Positions 51,432-64,000 of a stretch of 64,000 bases of DNA are shown here, one piece after another. Within the stretch, counting starts at the first letter, position 1. Each line of letters begins with the position of its first letter. A model generated the notes under the pieces. It saw only the letters and a program-made list of their open reading frames with translations, was not told the DNA's origin and did not search any database. This DNA comes from Phoronis australis (taxonomy: Eukaryota > Animalia > Phoronida): NCBI GenBank assembly GCA_002633005.1, contig NMRA01000538.1, positions 230,989 to 294,988 of the forward strand. The letters are read 5' to 3'. The position numbers and the translations under genes are program-made.

Positions 51432-51702
51432 CCAACTCTTTCAGTGGATCGGTCCCCAAAATTCTCGGCGAAACGAGCGGTGACGCCAATTGTATCTGTG
51501 GACCGGGGATCTGCTGTAATGGTGCTGGTGGAAGTTGGCCACTAGTGAGTACCATATTCATGTCATCGCCCGAACACTGGTACACCTCGATAACGAAACG
51601 GTTCTTGTTGGTTACCATCAGCTTTTTGTTTTTGTTGATGGCAGCGACCTCAGCAGCCAACTCGGAATTCATTTGGATAAAAGACTCCCCCGTTGGAAGG
51701 CC
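51432..51702 (-). CDS. ESRP: ESRP exon: second half of qRRM3 and linker
   Basis: 271 nt, phase 0-1: GLPTGESFIQMNSE...VIEVYQCSGDDMNMVL...KEL, G|GTATGT donor. Confidence 0.92.
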
Positions 51703-51971
51703 CTGAAGAAGAACAAATGAAAAGATATACTTTAGCATGGGTAATATGGGAATGTCGCACATTTCCAACCAATGGCCAGTATTTTTTCAGTTGGTGCACT
51801 GCCACGAAACTAAATCAAAACAACTTTTGGAACACAATGGTTTAACAGCTCATGTAAACTTAAAATGCACATCTAGAATGAGAATACAGCTATTCTTTCC
51901 TTCAGCTAAAACAAACGTCATTGTCAACAGCTGAACAGTTCTGAGTTGGTAACTCTAAAGGTGCACGTTAC

Positions 51972-52226
51972 CTGGGCGTTGTAAACCATGTGAACGCCTT
52001 GGAACACAATATTGCTAGCGTGCTCTCCGAGAAAGTTAAGAATGTCCGTGACAGCCGCTTCTAGGGGCATGTTACGGATACGGATGCAGTCCTTCTGGCT
52101 CCCGCACGTGATCGCAGCCTGTGTTGGAAGAAATGGAATCGTCTGTGGAGGAATCTGGCCAATGAGCGGTGATAGTGGCAGCTCGGTCTCTTGTGGCGTA
52201 CGGGGATCCATACTGCGATTCAGCAC
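51972..52226 (-). CDS. ESRP: ESRP exon: linker and first half of qRRM3
   Basis: 255 nt, phase 0-0: VLNRSMD...KDCIRIRNMPLEAAVTDILNFLGEHASNIVFQGVHMVYNAQ. Confidence 0.94.
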
Positions 52227-52960
52227 CTATCGCAACCAATAGTAAATTGTCGCAAGTTGATTTTGTCAAATCTAGAGCTTCCAGTAAAATGCTCGTCCAC
52301 AGCGGAACTCTTATCGTTTCATACAGTGTGTACACTTGATTGGCTTCATCGGCTCTACCGTGCCAATCAGTTAAGATAACTGATAGGTTGTCAGTGACGA
52401 CTTTAGGCTTACAGTCGGTCTCACAATACTCTTACCATGACAGGACTCCATTTCCGTTAATAAAAAAGACCATCTAAACCATCATCGACAGTGACTTTAT
52501 TGAGGTTGGCCAACTGGTAACGGAAATGGAATCCTAAGGAATAATATGAGAACGATTTCATGAGAGTAAAGGATCTAATTCGATTTCCGTTTTTGGAAGA
52601 AGGGAAATAAATCTTTAAATTTCGCGACGCGCCACAAAAGTGCAAAAAAGACAAGTCAAAACTTCCGCGGTTTTTATTTTCATACCGTGGTTGGATGGGA
52701 GTTGAGATGTGTAATTTTTGGGTAGATAAATTCTTGTTTCATCTTACTTAGGAGTTAGAAATTTTTGATACGCCGATGTAACGTTCAACACAATCTTGGA
52801 CGAGACTGTACTCTGTAAGGTCTTTTCCTTTTTGATTTTGCATTTGACAGGAAAAACAATCCAGATCCTGAATTTGCCTTTCGCCAGGAATGTCAAATGA
52901 AACTAGGAAAGAGATTTAAACTTGTACTTGTAAGTCTCGAGGACTTGACTAAGGTGCTAC

Positions 52961-53176
52961 CTGTTGAACTTCGGCAGTGGTACTCTTGAACAGTTCAATA
53001 TATCTGGAGCCGATCAGGTCTCTATGTTTGCCAAGGGCTCTAGTAGCCTCCTCTTCCGTGGCGAACAGGACGAACGCATCTCCGGTGGCCCTACCGTCAG
53101 CTTGATGAACGAAGAGAATTCCGTCCTCGCCATCCAGAACCTGAACGGCGTTATCTCCTCTGCTGAAGAACTCGAT
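52961..53176 (-). CDS. ESRP: ESRP exon: qRRM2 second part
   Basis: 216 nt, phase 0-0: [72 protein letters not shown] (frame not in ORF track). Confidence 0.95.
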
Positions 53177-54332
53177 CTAGAACGACAACGATGCTCCGCG
53201 TGAAAAAGCGTGCACTCCGAATGCCTTTGTACCATCACCAGTGACAACCATAAGCCCAAACGGCCTGTCACCCGAGTTCACCAAAGGTTTGATTGGTTTC
53301 AGAAAAATAGCCCAAAGTCCAATTAGAATGGCATCAACGAGTAATCCAAAATAATCAGGGAGTAACTGCCCTTTTTCGTTTCGTCTTATTTCGTATTAAT
53401 TTGGATCAGTTTAAAACAACACATTAGAACCCGATTTACACTGCCAAAATCGTTGGACTTTAGTCTTTACGATTTATTTGTCACTGTGCATTCGTGCCAA
53501 TGCATTTGATGTTTTGCGTTTTTGCATTAAAAATCCTGCAACCAATTAAAAAGGTGCCGACACCTGAAAGCATGTTCGATTTTTGGTCTCTAAAGCTAGA
53601 GAGTTCCAATGTCCGCCTCAACACACCACCGTAACCATGGAAACCGTTAAACAACTATCTGACACACAATTGTTAATAATCCAAATCCAAGGTATTGCTC
53701 ATACGAAATCATCTGACAGAAGGCCTAAGATCCCGTGAACCCTCTCCCTGTATGCAATTTGTTGCTACATCCCAAAGCTACTGAAAGATATCTGCAGGGA
53801 TTGGCTTAGGTCCCAAGTTCACTTACCCTTTTGGAACTTATTAAGCTCCAAATGTTCTCTTACAGAACTCCTTTACATCGATTTGGCTGAAAATACAGTT
53901 TTAGTATACTCTCGTGTAACCCAAAGTCGTTTTCAAGAGACAATGTCTCACTTTCATTAGCCGTTTCGAAAATAGGAAGGATTTAGAATGTCGGACATTA
54001 CCAAGGTGAATGCCTTGCCTCAGTCGCTCTAAACTCCAAATTAATAGTAGCACCTTATGTTAACATCAACATTCGTTTTGCAAATGAAATTAACGCCTTT
54101 CAAAGTTCCTCTGTCAAGTTTGAATATAACGACGTCGAAATCCATATACCAAGTTTGTACTTATAGGCTACGCGTAATCGGATATATAATTCGAAGTTTG
54201 AGATCAAGACTACTTAGTGATTGATGTCAATCAGCGAACTTGCGTGCACAAGTTTTTGTGACAGAGTAGCTTTAAGAGTCCATTTGAGTGTGCAGACAAC
54301 CCGTGGACTGTTTGAAGTCGCAGAGTACTTAC

Positions 54333-54427
54333 CACTTGATCAGGCGTGGCTGTGTAAGGCAAGCCTCTCATGCGAATAATCACCTGGCCCCCGCGGGACA
54401 GGAACGCGTGAGCCTCTGTGTTGTTAC
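54333..54427 (-). CDS. ESRP: ESRP exon: start of qRRM2
   Basis: 95 nt, phase 1-0: [38 protein letters not shown] donor. Confidence 0.95.
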
Positions 54428-55605
54428 CTGTGGGCATCGTGGAGCGTATGAGATATAAAAATGGTCACAGGGCACCGGAAATCCACTATTTACAGCTAAC
54501 ACGTTTGACACCGTCCTAAAATCCCATTGTCTTCATAATCCCGTGTTCTAATCACTCGTGCCGTGCTTATCAGTCTTAATCGTCATTTCTACCATTGCCT
54601 AATGGTGGTGAAGCAGCAACAACAAAGACACTTCAACAGTCGTTCTTATTATGACGCTTTACGCTATAAGATTACCGAAGGATATTGTGATAACAAAATC
54701 TGTAATGATATTTCTCTGATTTAATCAATGCTGTTAAATCCATTCAACTAAAATGCTGCCATGACAATGATTTAACGTGCCTTTACAATCGGTTATGGTA
54801 GTATATTGCAGCAGAATATTGTCCAGACAGACGTGGACCCTTATAGCAAGATCGTACCAAGTGGAATATTTGAAATATCTTTCAGGAATCTCTTGAGTTT
54901 TCGCGTACCTCCCCTAACTCTTCTACAGTGTTAATGACGTGTCCGTTCATTGTGGTTTTGCAGTGTAAAAGCCGAATAATATAAGGCAGTAGCAGTCAAA
55001 AAAGAACTGCCGGTGTTCGTTAAAACCTCACACGGGTAGTTACCTTAAACTCTTTTCTATTGGTATTTACCGATTTCGTTATCATTATCTTTATCACCGT
55101 CATGAAAGGTCAACGGGGCCGAGTCAGTGCCACATGTACACGTAACACATTTGCGTCGTCGACTTTTAAATTTTGAAAAAGAAGTCGAATATCACAGTTA
55201 GCTATACCTCAACTGCTGCGCCGGCCACAATTACAGTAGTAAACCCTTAAACAATATGTTTTTTCGAAAACCCTGATATTACGGGAAAACTGCGTCTGCA
55301 ACATCGTATGCAGCCAACTATCAATGCCTCAGTCACACAAATCTTCCGATGCCGATCCAATGAATTTGCGGCAGAAAAATGGTCATATTATCGGAAGCGC
55401 CGTTCGGGTGTCGGCATTAAAAATCTCCTACCGCTACTACTGATGTAATAAAAAACCCTGGCGGTAACACTAGGAATCACAGAACTGAATCGATAGGATC
55501 TGCCGAGCTTCGCCCGATATCTAACCAAGGCACTGAGTCGGGACCGCCTGAAGCCCCTCTGGATCCGCGTCTGAAAAATTTGGTTAGCCAGTCAGTCAAA
55601 CTCAC

Positions 55606-55781
55606 CTCCGGCGACGCTAATAAAATCCTTGCCCGTGGCCTTGTAAACTTCGATATATCTTTGACCGAGATGGTGTTTGTGACGTTTCAACGCCAGATCA
55701 CGGTGTTCCCGCGACTCGAATCGAATGAGCGCCTCACCATTGCGTCTCCCCTGTTGACTGAGACAAAGAGCTACTCCGCCT
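55606..55781 (-). CDS. ESRP: ESRP exon: qRRM1 second part
   Basis: 176 nt, phase 2-1: [58 protein letters not shown], diagnostic of ESRP/fusilli RRM1. Confidence 0.96.
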
Positions 55782-56110
55782 CTGTAAATTTTCAAGTTGT
55801 ATTCAGTTTTCGGAAACCTGAGTATGTGAAATCTCAATTGCTGTAAAACCATCATTGCAGAAACTCACGAGTATGTCGGCTTTTCTGACTACGGCAGTGG
55901 TCCATTTTCTCCTAATGAACATTGTTAACAAAGTACTAAACAAATCTTATCCCTAAACATTTCCACGTAAGCAAAAAACCAATATTATGAGAAACAAATT
56001 GTTGATTTTCAGCACTCCTAATCTATTTTCAAGCTACTATCAGAGTTTGCTGAGACCCTTCAGCAAATATCAAGCTAGGACACATGAAGCACTTTCCACA
56101 GGAAACGCAC

Positions 56111-56221
56111 CTTGCTACGTTCAATCCTCGGAAAAACTTGGCGATATCCGCGTCCGAGGATTGCCATGGCAAACCACGTGCTCTCACCACGGTATCATCG
56201 TCCACAACATCGGTACCGTTA
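56111..56221 (-). CDS. ESRP: ESRP exon: start of qRRM1
   Basis: 111 nt, phase 2-2: [37 protein letters not shown]. Confidence 0.96.
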
Positions 56222-56719
56222 CTGAAATAAATACATTTTCGAGCATACATGAAAAACTAAAAAAGTAGTTGTGATTTCAAATTCGCCATCAAACAATCTC
56301 AACAGATTCATAACAGGCATTTGACACACTATTTTAATCAGAAATGTAAAGTTTATCAAAGCAGATAAAAGGATAAAGATGTAAAATTTAATTGTAATTC
56401 AACACGTGAATCAGGTCTGATAACATCGATGTTGTACTCAACCTATTGTTTTCAATAACGTCTATGCACTTACTGGAATGGGTAGAGGTACACAATTTAA
56501 TAAACAATATTACAACATTTGTCTAAAATTATAAAAAGAGCAACGGAGAGCATCGACATAACCCCCACGGTGTGCACTGGAAGCGGCAAAGAACAGGGCT
56601 GGTCATTTGAAAAAATATTTTCCCCGATAGTTGGATCCATCCAAAAACCAGTTCAGTGGTGCAAGCTCTCCTCATAATTATTAAGACCAATAGAATGACA
56701 ATTTAACACTAGGGCACAC

Positions 56720-57600
56720 CCCCACATCCATAAACAATTGCCACCAATCGTTCTTTCCTCAGCAGCAACACATGTGCCAAATGTTATGACGATCCATAAA
56801 AAAAACTTGGTAGATATTGACGCAGATGCAATGAAATTTAAAATTGCCATTAGAAAACGCTACAGTAGAACTGTCCGAAGTTTATATGTCGGCCATGAGC
56901 TACTCAATAGGAACTTAAGCGGTTTTCATAAAGGAAGGCAGACGCTGACAGACACGGAAATAATAAAATGACAACTCAGGGGCATAAAAAAGCCGATTCC
57001 GTCTGATATTGAGCAGGCGCGTCGTCTCCTTTACTGAACTTACAGTGCATGTGCCAAATTTCATGAAGATCTGTCAAGGAATTTGTCTGTTAGGTATAAA
57101 GAGATGGAGGTAGAAAAAATAATATTAAGAAACTCTTCAGCAGTCAGACCAATTCGAAAAAATCAAAGTCAGCCATGCTCTTCTCAGTAGGAAAAACATC
57201 TGTAATTTATATAATGATGGTTATAGCGATTTGGCGAATAGAGATGCGAGCACCAAAAAGGATTCGAATACAATGGAAATGGACACTAGGTGGCGCAGCA
57301 TACGTCCGAAACGCGTCAAGGTCTTCTTAATAGAAACCTATTTGTAAATTTTTATTAAAATCCATTCAAGGATCTCCGAAGATACACAGACAAACGTAAG
57401 AAACTAAAATTGACACTTTGGGACATAACGGAGTAGTCGGGTTCATTTAAAAATCGTCGTCTATCGTTGTCAGTTCCAGGAAATCATCTGTTGAAGATTT
57501 TCAGGGGCTCAGGAGATACAGCAGCGGACGTCGGACGCCGGACACCCAAGCAAAAATGACGACAATATGCAAACTCATATGTATATGTGGGCACATCAAA
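56720..57600. repeat. Interspersed repeat, same family as 370-1010, in an ESRP intron
   Basis: Shared ATGTGCCAAATTTCATGAAGATC, CACTAGGTGGCGC and GGAGATACAGCAGCGGACG...ATATGTGGGCACAT motifs; boundaries approximate. Confidence 0.6.
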
Positions 57601-58121
57601 ATGAATGCCATTAATGGAGATTTTGTATACGAAGTAAAAAATTGCTAATTGGCAAAAACGTTTACTAAAAATATTAACAAATGGAAGAACACCAATCTAC
57701 TGAACTATCTTATACAACCACTTTTCTTTTGCTATATTAAGTATTTTGTTTTGAGATACTTATTAGGCACAAAACGCGCTACCGTATAAGAAATAAATTT
57801 GTGTCACGTGAACAGACTATATAGGTTTTTATCATTCAAACCTAAGGTCAATACCACAAACACCACCAACGGAAATGCCGCCATTTTGAATCTCATCACC
57901 TCAAAGTTCTCGGTCAACACAATAGTCAAGTGTGGATGACTTAACAATTATCTACACTGTTCAGCTATTAAAGTACCACTTTATCGTTTTTCGCTAAGCA
58001 AATGCAGTTGATTAAATAATTGCAAAATTACAGCCAATAACTGTTAATTATGCCGTCGATAGACGAGGCCAACGCATGTAAACAGAGTGTTTGCCTCCCA
58101 GACTTTGTATTTAGCTGAATA

Positions 58122-58506
58122 CAGGGTGTCCTAAAATGTACTCACACTTAAAATGACATCAACTACGTTGCTCACTGAGTTAGGAAAAAGCTTACTGGTT
58201 TAATCGATAAAGAGGTGAATCAAAAAAGACAAATTCTTAAACCAAAATACAACAGTTTATCAACTTTGTGTTGTCTTTGTACTTCGTTGTCGGTTTTGAC
58301 TTTCGAGAAGCATTGCGTGATAAATTTTCATTCTGTAAAACTGAGCAATTTGCTTGCCATTCCCGTGTATACAGAGCACGTGACACGCCTACTTCCACAG
58401 TAAAACGTAACCATACAGTAGGCTCGGGAGCAATATCTAATACCCGGGACCTGAATTTGAAATACTGATGTTGTACTGACGTGTGAGTAAATTTTGGGTC
58501 ACCCTA
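58122..58506. mobile_element. Tc1/mariner-type MITE with TA target duplication
   Basis: TA-CAGGGTGTCCTAAAATGTACTCACAC ... GTGTGAGTAAATTTTGGGTCACCCTA-TA; ~26-bp imperfect TIRs. Confidence 0.8.
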
Positions 58507-59258
58507 TATATGTAGTGGTTTTCATATGCTATTTTGCATGACACGTGCTAATTCCAATCCGATCACGTTACGGCAAATGTCGTGAATGGAAATTAGTAAG
58601 ATTATTTCCAAAACCATATTTTAGCGACAGAGCTTAGTTCACAAACGGAGAGCATAAAAAAACAAAGAAATCTAGCTGTTTTTAGAGAGGTTACTCTGCC
58701 TGCGTACCGAGGTCGTACTATATGGTAAGCTCGATGGCATCAGAGGTACATAAACATTTGAAACTGCATTTTCGTATTTTTCCAGAAACTTGTCACAACC
58801 ACATCATTCTCGAAAATGCCCTAATCATTACGGATGTTTTTTTCCGTTGCCATGAACAATATCCAGACTAATGTACCAGCTAGAAACGTTTCAGAAAATC
58901 ACAAAAAGATCGCAATAGGTCCGATGCCTGAATTGTATTATAAGCACAGACCTGACTGAACCTCGCTCACATGGAAAATCGTAGAGCTGGCCAATCCATC
59001 ACCCATCCTAAATTTGACCGCTTCAGTCAATCGCACCTAATTTCCTAATACCAACTAAATGTTGAAAGCGATCTTGCCATGGCAAATATTTTTTAAAGTC
59101 TAATTTAACATGGTTAACTGGCACATTTCTTGATTTAACGCGTACGGAGGAAAATTTTAACTGGTAAAACATCGGCGGATCTAGGTTGTTGTAAGGGGGG
59201 TCGTCGTTTTTTGGGCGTATCCGTAGGGGAGGGGGGGAGAGGGCGCCTATGCAAAAAG

Positions 59259-59370
59259 CGGCAATAGTCTGATATAACGTGCCCGCATTTTGAGAACCAG
59301 TTTGATGCCCGTTATTCAGTGGGGAAAACTGGTTCTCAAAATTCGGGCACGTTGTATCAGACCATTACCC
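59259..59370. mobile_element. ~112-bp palindromic mini-element (copy 2)
   Basis: 41-bp arms with 3 mismatches around a ~21-nt spacer. Confidence 0.8.
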
Positions 59371-60392
59371 AAAAAGCTGTAAAGGTATTAGTTTTGAAAT
59401 ATTATTCTAATTAGCGACGTTACTATCCTGTTCTTCCTATAGCATTTCTGACATTTATGAACAACAGAGAGGTAAACAAATTCATACGGAATAGCATATT
59501 AATATGTAGCACTAGACTAGGGACACATCATTCACAGAGTGACGGTCAAAATCCTATAATTACAAAATTCACAGCATCTGTTACCTATCCAAACACGTAA
59601 GAATGGAACAGAGATAATTTCATCCCCGACACATCCAATTCACTGCAGCTGTTACGAATCAGAATTATGTATTTAGCGATCGGGTTTTCAATAAAATGTT
59701 GACATTTGTTTTAACTAAAATTACCAACGGTCGCAGCTGATTCAAACGCTTCATTTCATTGTTCAAGTCGAGATCAATATTCCGTCTAAATGCAACTGTT
59801 GCATGTGCCGGCATTGTGTAGTAACTTGATTTAGCTGCGTCTGCGCGTCGTCTGCATGATTGGTTGGGCCTGCATGGACACCGCTTTCGCATAGTCAACA
59901 CATGCATGCGGGTTTGGGACTTGCGCATCGTAAGCAAATTTGTGAGTGGAATTGGATGGCACGCGGGGTCTGAATTGTTGAATCAATATTGGATAGTGGT
60001 GTACAGCTGCTTATGGGATTAATTTATACAAAGAATCTTCTAGGGTACTGCATTTCAACGACATTTTCTTTCAGCAAAACGGCTAATTTTCTGCACTGAA
60101 AATTTTGGAGGTATGGTACAAATGGCTTTTGGGAACGTCTTCATATTTACCCCTATTCAAACTAGTTTAACCATTTACTCTAAAAGAATACTACTTGTTT
60201 AACCAAAGTTAACGAACCAAAGGAATTAACGAGTAAATTTTTGCAGATTTTTATGCCTTTGAGTAGCCACAGCAGCTGATTGTTGTAACTTGCGCAATAA
60301 AACACACAGCGTCTAGTAGACCTTGCATTATCTGATCACTCATTCAATCCTCTGATTTGTGTGCGATTAAAAGGAGTAAAAACAACACTTAC

Positions 60393-60447
60393 CATATACC
60401 GGGTTCCAGTTTGTCTTTGACTATTTCAGGGTCTGTGAAGACATGAC
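60393..60447 (-). CDS. ESRP: ESRP exon: linker before qRRM1
   Basis: 55 nt, phase 1-2: GHVFTDPEIVKDKLEPGIC; ttcatag acceptor, GTAAGT donor. Confidence 0.9.
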
Positions 60448-61049
60448 CTATGAAACCCAAAAAGAGAACGGCTGTTGATTTAATAAAATTGCCTAGTTTT
60501 TGGGCCAGGAGAGACGCACAAGAAACTTAATGTCGAAGGTTATAGGCTTCCCGGTCTACCGGGTCAGTGACGTATGGTGACAATGCAAACTTCAACAGTT
60601 TTAGAAGTCATTTTCTTTGAATTCATAATTCTGAACTTGATACCAGAAACAAGTGTAAAATATTGGGCCATTGATAACGTCGAGACACGACTTCAACAGA
60701 AGCGAGAATGCGCGGAAATCAAATTAAAGGCATGTCCGAGTTATCTGGATCGGCTCGGGCATTTTGTAGCCCCAAATTTCCCCTCGGAGATTAATAACGT
60801 CTCGGAGGTGAACGGTACCTGTGCACGTGCGGACTTCAGTCGTTTGGCAAGTCACGTACTTTTAATCTTGGCAACAATAGGCTGTATGACTTAGTTTCGT
60901 TCTCACACGTGCACATAGCGTTCACCCCCGTGAGGAAATCTGAGGCTACGCGAACGCGCGAGGTGTTCCGGATGTGTCGGAGTATTAATGACAAGAGTCT
61001 TCACACCTATAATCTTTCTGGCTGACGATGCCCGCTGCTTAGGACTTAC

Positions 61050-61139
61050 CGTCACATATAAGCCTCTGGACTACACTGGCCATTTCTTGGCACTGCCGAA
61101 CGCCAAACTCCATAGAGGGGGCGCCATCCAGTGCAAGAT
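61050..61139 (-). CDS. ESRP: ESRP exon: end of N-terminal DnaQ-like region; earlier exons outside window
   Basis: 90 nt, phase 1-1: LALDGAPSMEFGVRQCQEMASVVQRLICD; ctattag acceptor, GTAAGT donor. Confidence 0.88.
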
Positions 61140-63986
61140 CTAATAGGGAGACGGTCAAGGAAATTAGAACAAAATCGAACATCTATATAACATACAAAAA
61201 TCTCTCAAACAAATGTCATTTTCCCGGGAATAGCCTGCCGGGCATCGAGCAAAACTCGCACTTTTGCCAAAGCGAAACTCTCGACAAAGTAAAACTACCT
61301 TAATTTCAGGTTGTAACCATGTAAATAACAAGGGACTCGACACATTTTACCAAAATACCACTCATCCTCTCCTCAAACGAAAGATTACGCAATGGCAACA
61401 TTCACGATAAAATGTGAGACCCAAAATTAAGCCCCGGGATGTGTCTGTCGTTTGAACACACGAATCCTACACTAACAATGGCACAGCCAGAGGCTCTTCA
61501 GTTCACTCTTAATCAACTATCTGGTACTGCAATGTTCTGTTCCATTCTGGATCAAGTTTTTCGCACTTTGTTATGGTAATCGAGTTCGTTACGATAATCG
61601 AGTAACAGTTTTCAAAAACAAATACAATGACTATAGAGGACGCCTCCCCTATCTCTGTCCCTGCAATATTTCACAGCGGAAAATCGAAGATCCACACACT
61701 GTCTTCATCCACACGCATTTACGACCTAATACCAACACACCGACAAGCACTTGGTCACAGTTATGCGTCACAATCTTATATACTCTAGATCTTACAATAA
61801 AATTGAAAATTCGATTCAAAACTTTACCCATGACCTAAAAATGAAACAGCTTATTTGATGTCCGCAGCTAAGTCACCTATTTTTGGTATGCTGTTTGTAA
61901 TATGTGCATGCAAAGCCGTATATTAACAAAACATATATGCACCCACTCACCAGGATCTGCAAATTTACTGAATAAACATGACATAATAGCAGGCTGTTTC
62001 TAAATAGATTGGTCACCAACAAAACACTGACATTTAACAACAAAAAGATCTTTGATAAAAACAAACAAGTACCATTCAGATATAAGGTTGTTTTCCTCTG
62101 TTGTGTGCTATTTGCGGTCAAGGGCCGTTCGTACATATATAATAGTCTATAATGCAATAAGTCCGTATTAGGTTTTAGAATAGGTAGGTGGACGCATGTG
62201 CACAGACACAGTGAGTTTATCAAAATCGCACCCATTACAGGCAGGCTGAGAAATTTTCTGTAGCTCAACACAAAAATCCTTTTTTTCCGATACTGTGTAC
62301 TAACAATTAACCGGGAAAAATCTCTACGTTTCTTATACATCTTCTTTAAAAAGAATGGTTTTCTTCACTACAGAGGAGATATGGCGATGTTCATTCAAAA
62401 ACGGCAAAACACAATCCCCAAAACAAGGCTTGGAGCTAATCGTTTGCCTACTGAGAAAAGATAATAACAATTATCAGTGAGTGACATCATTAGGATTATT
62501 CATTAGCACAGTGCAAGAAACATTTGATGAAACCTTTATCAGGCCTTCTGTTCAGATCATTCCGGTTCAGTACTTGCGAACGGACACCAAAAATAACAAC
62601 CACATTTAAATAACAAGGCACCGTGATTGTACAATAGGGCGAAATTGCGGTCGTCGCGGTGTCAACGTTCGGAATTTCACAGGAGTTATAACTTGTTTAA
62701 TAATGGCGAAGTTTATCTCGTCGATCTGGTTGAGTTGTGTGCATCAAAAACCCATTCATTATCTAAATATCGCGCTCCGACGCAAGTGTATTGTAGAGAC
62801 ATGATCACCAGTATTGTTCTCCCTGAGAGGATTGTACGGTCGAAATTTTAAATCTAAGGCGTGAATTGTTAAAACTTCATATCCTTTAAGGGGTCGCTGA
62901 TTTTATTATGACAGCCAATGAATCTTTTCGCGATAAAACCGTGAGAACTTTGTCTCAAAGCCATTAAAACGTGTAAGCTTAGAGGAGCTTCTATGTGCTG
63001 TTTTTGCCGTAAAAACAATCACAAAACATGAGAAGTTTTTGTTCTGCAACTGGCCTTTTTACGGATGGCAAAAATCGGAACGAGGGCATATGTTTTCGGG
63101 ATAAGACCTCTAATCCAGAAAGTGTCATGCAGAGGATCGTCTGCTCTGCAAGTTGGTAGTTGATTATGGATAGATGCTGCCATTTTACTCGTATTTAAGG
63201 TAAATTGGACTTTTGTCGGCTTTAAATACTAGCAGATTCTTTGAGAATACGACGTCTCTCCGCAAAAAGGCCAGTTGCATAGACTCAACGGGTATTAAAC
63301 ATTCAGTTTACGCTGCCGTATATTCAGTTGTAATAGCATTAAGTTCTTGTAAAGGATTTGTTAGACACTCCTTTGCATCGTTAAATTATGTTACCACCTC
63401 GTCTGTAGCTTCAGCTCCTTCACCAGGCAACGCAGTCATGGGGTCAAGAATGCGCACTTAAAACGACAGGGACACTTTGTCTACATGCTGTTTAACAGTA
63501 GGTGGTTTTTGTATAATTTGCATGTAACCATTGGATAGAGAAAATCTGAACTTTTTTGCATATTCGGTCACACCATGACCGATTACAGGACCTGACGTAC
63601 ACTGATGTAGCCAGATGTATTCAAGAGGGACCGGGAGCAATCCGATTCTTTACAACTAACAGGGAAGGTTCGACAGCGTATTTTTGCAATGAACAAGAGG
63701 CCATGGCCCATGGAAAACTAACTTGATTTACAAAACCGCAAATTGGGAAAAAGACTGCACGTTCAAGCTTGAGGTTCGTGAATAAGGCTTAGCACTCAAG
63801 ACTCACTATCTCGTGCTTTGTAATAATGAAGAGAAAAGGAATCACGAGAGAACAGATAACAGTGACCATCAAACTATACAAACATGATTTTAAACTAATT
63901 CAATTTGCTCATCCTATAAGGAGATAACAACACAAACATTTTGTAGTTCACAAACAACAGGATTTTTATTAAAATCTTTCAAAATA

Positions 63987-64000
63987 GTGTGTGTGTGTGT
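63987..64000. repeat. (GT)n microsatellite start at window edge
   Basis: Direct reading. Confidence 0.7.

Noticed and set aside
50578-56268. Plus-strand ORFs overlapping ESRP exons
   Set aside because: Antisense shadows of GC-richer coding exons, with no recognisable motifs.
61140-64000. Further upstream ESRP exons (DnaQ-like domain)
   Set aside because: No frame with the expected LHPEA/FDLRKEF-type motifs was found; they are probably beyond the window.

Overview
AT-rich, intron-containing animal genomic DNA from a fragmented draft assembly (single-N joins at 5530, 9186, 11027, 12255, 13305; N-run 24381-24452). Gene and repeat content suggests a marine invertebrate, possibly a deuterostome (inference only). 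I rebuilt three spliced genes by hand from GT-AG sites with consistent phases. (1) The 5' coding exons of a TYW1-like membrane-anchored flavodoxin-domain gene (minus, 1476-3729, running off the left edge). (2) A complete 5-exon gene for a ~218-aa secreted protein made of a signal peptide and one laminin-G domain (plus, 27354-40813), mostly missed by the ORF track. (3) Ten exons of an ESRP1/2/fusilli splicing-factor gene (minus, 49673-61139; N-terminus beyond the right edge) with an apparently complete fourth qRRM, three in-frame tandem acceptors and a possible frameshifting +4 donor. The rest is TE-rich: a piggyBac with an uninterrupted transposase ORF cut by a gap, two decayed RNase H-bearing LINE copies, an RT fragment, MITEs, SINE-like remnants, mini/microsatellites and haplotype-like duplications at gaps. 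No prokaryotic system, CRISPR array or genuine RNA gene was found.
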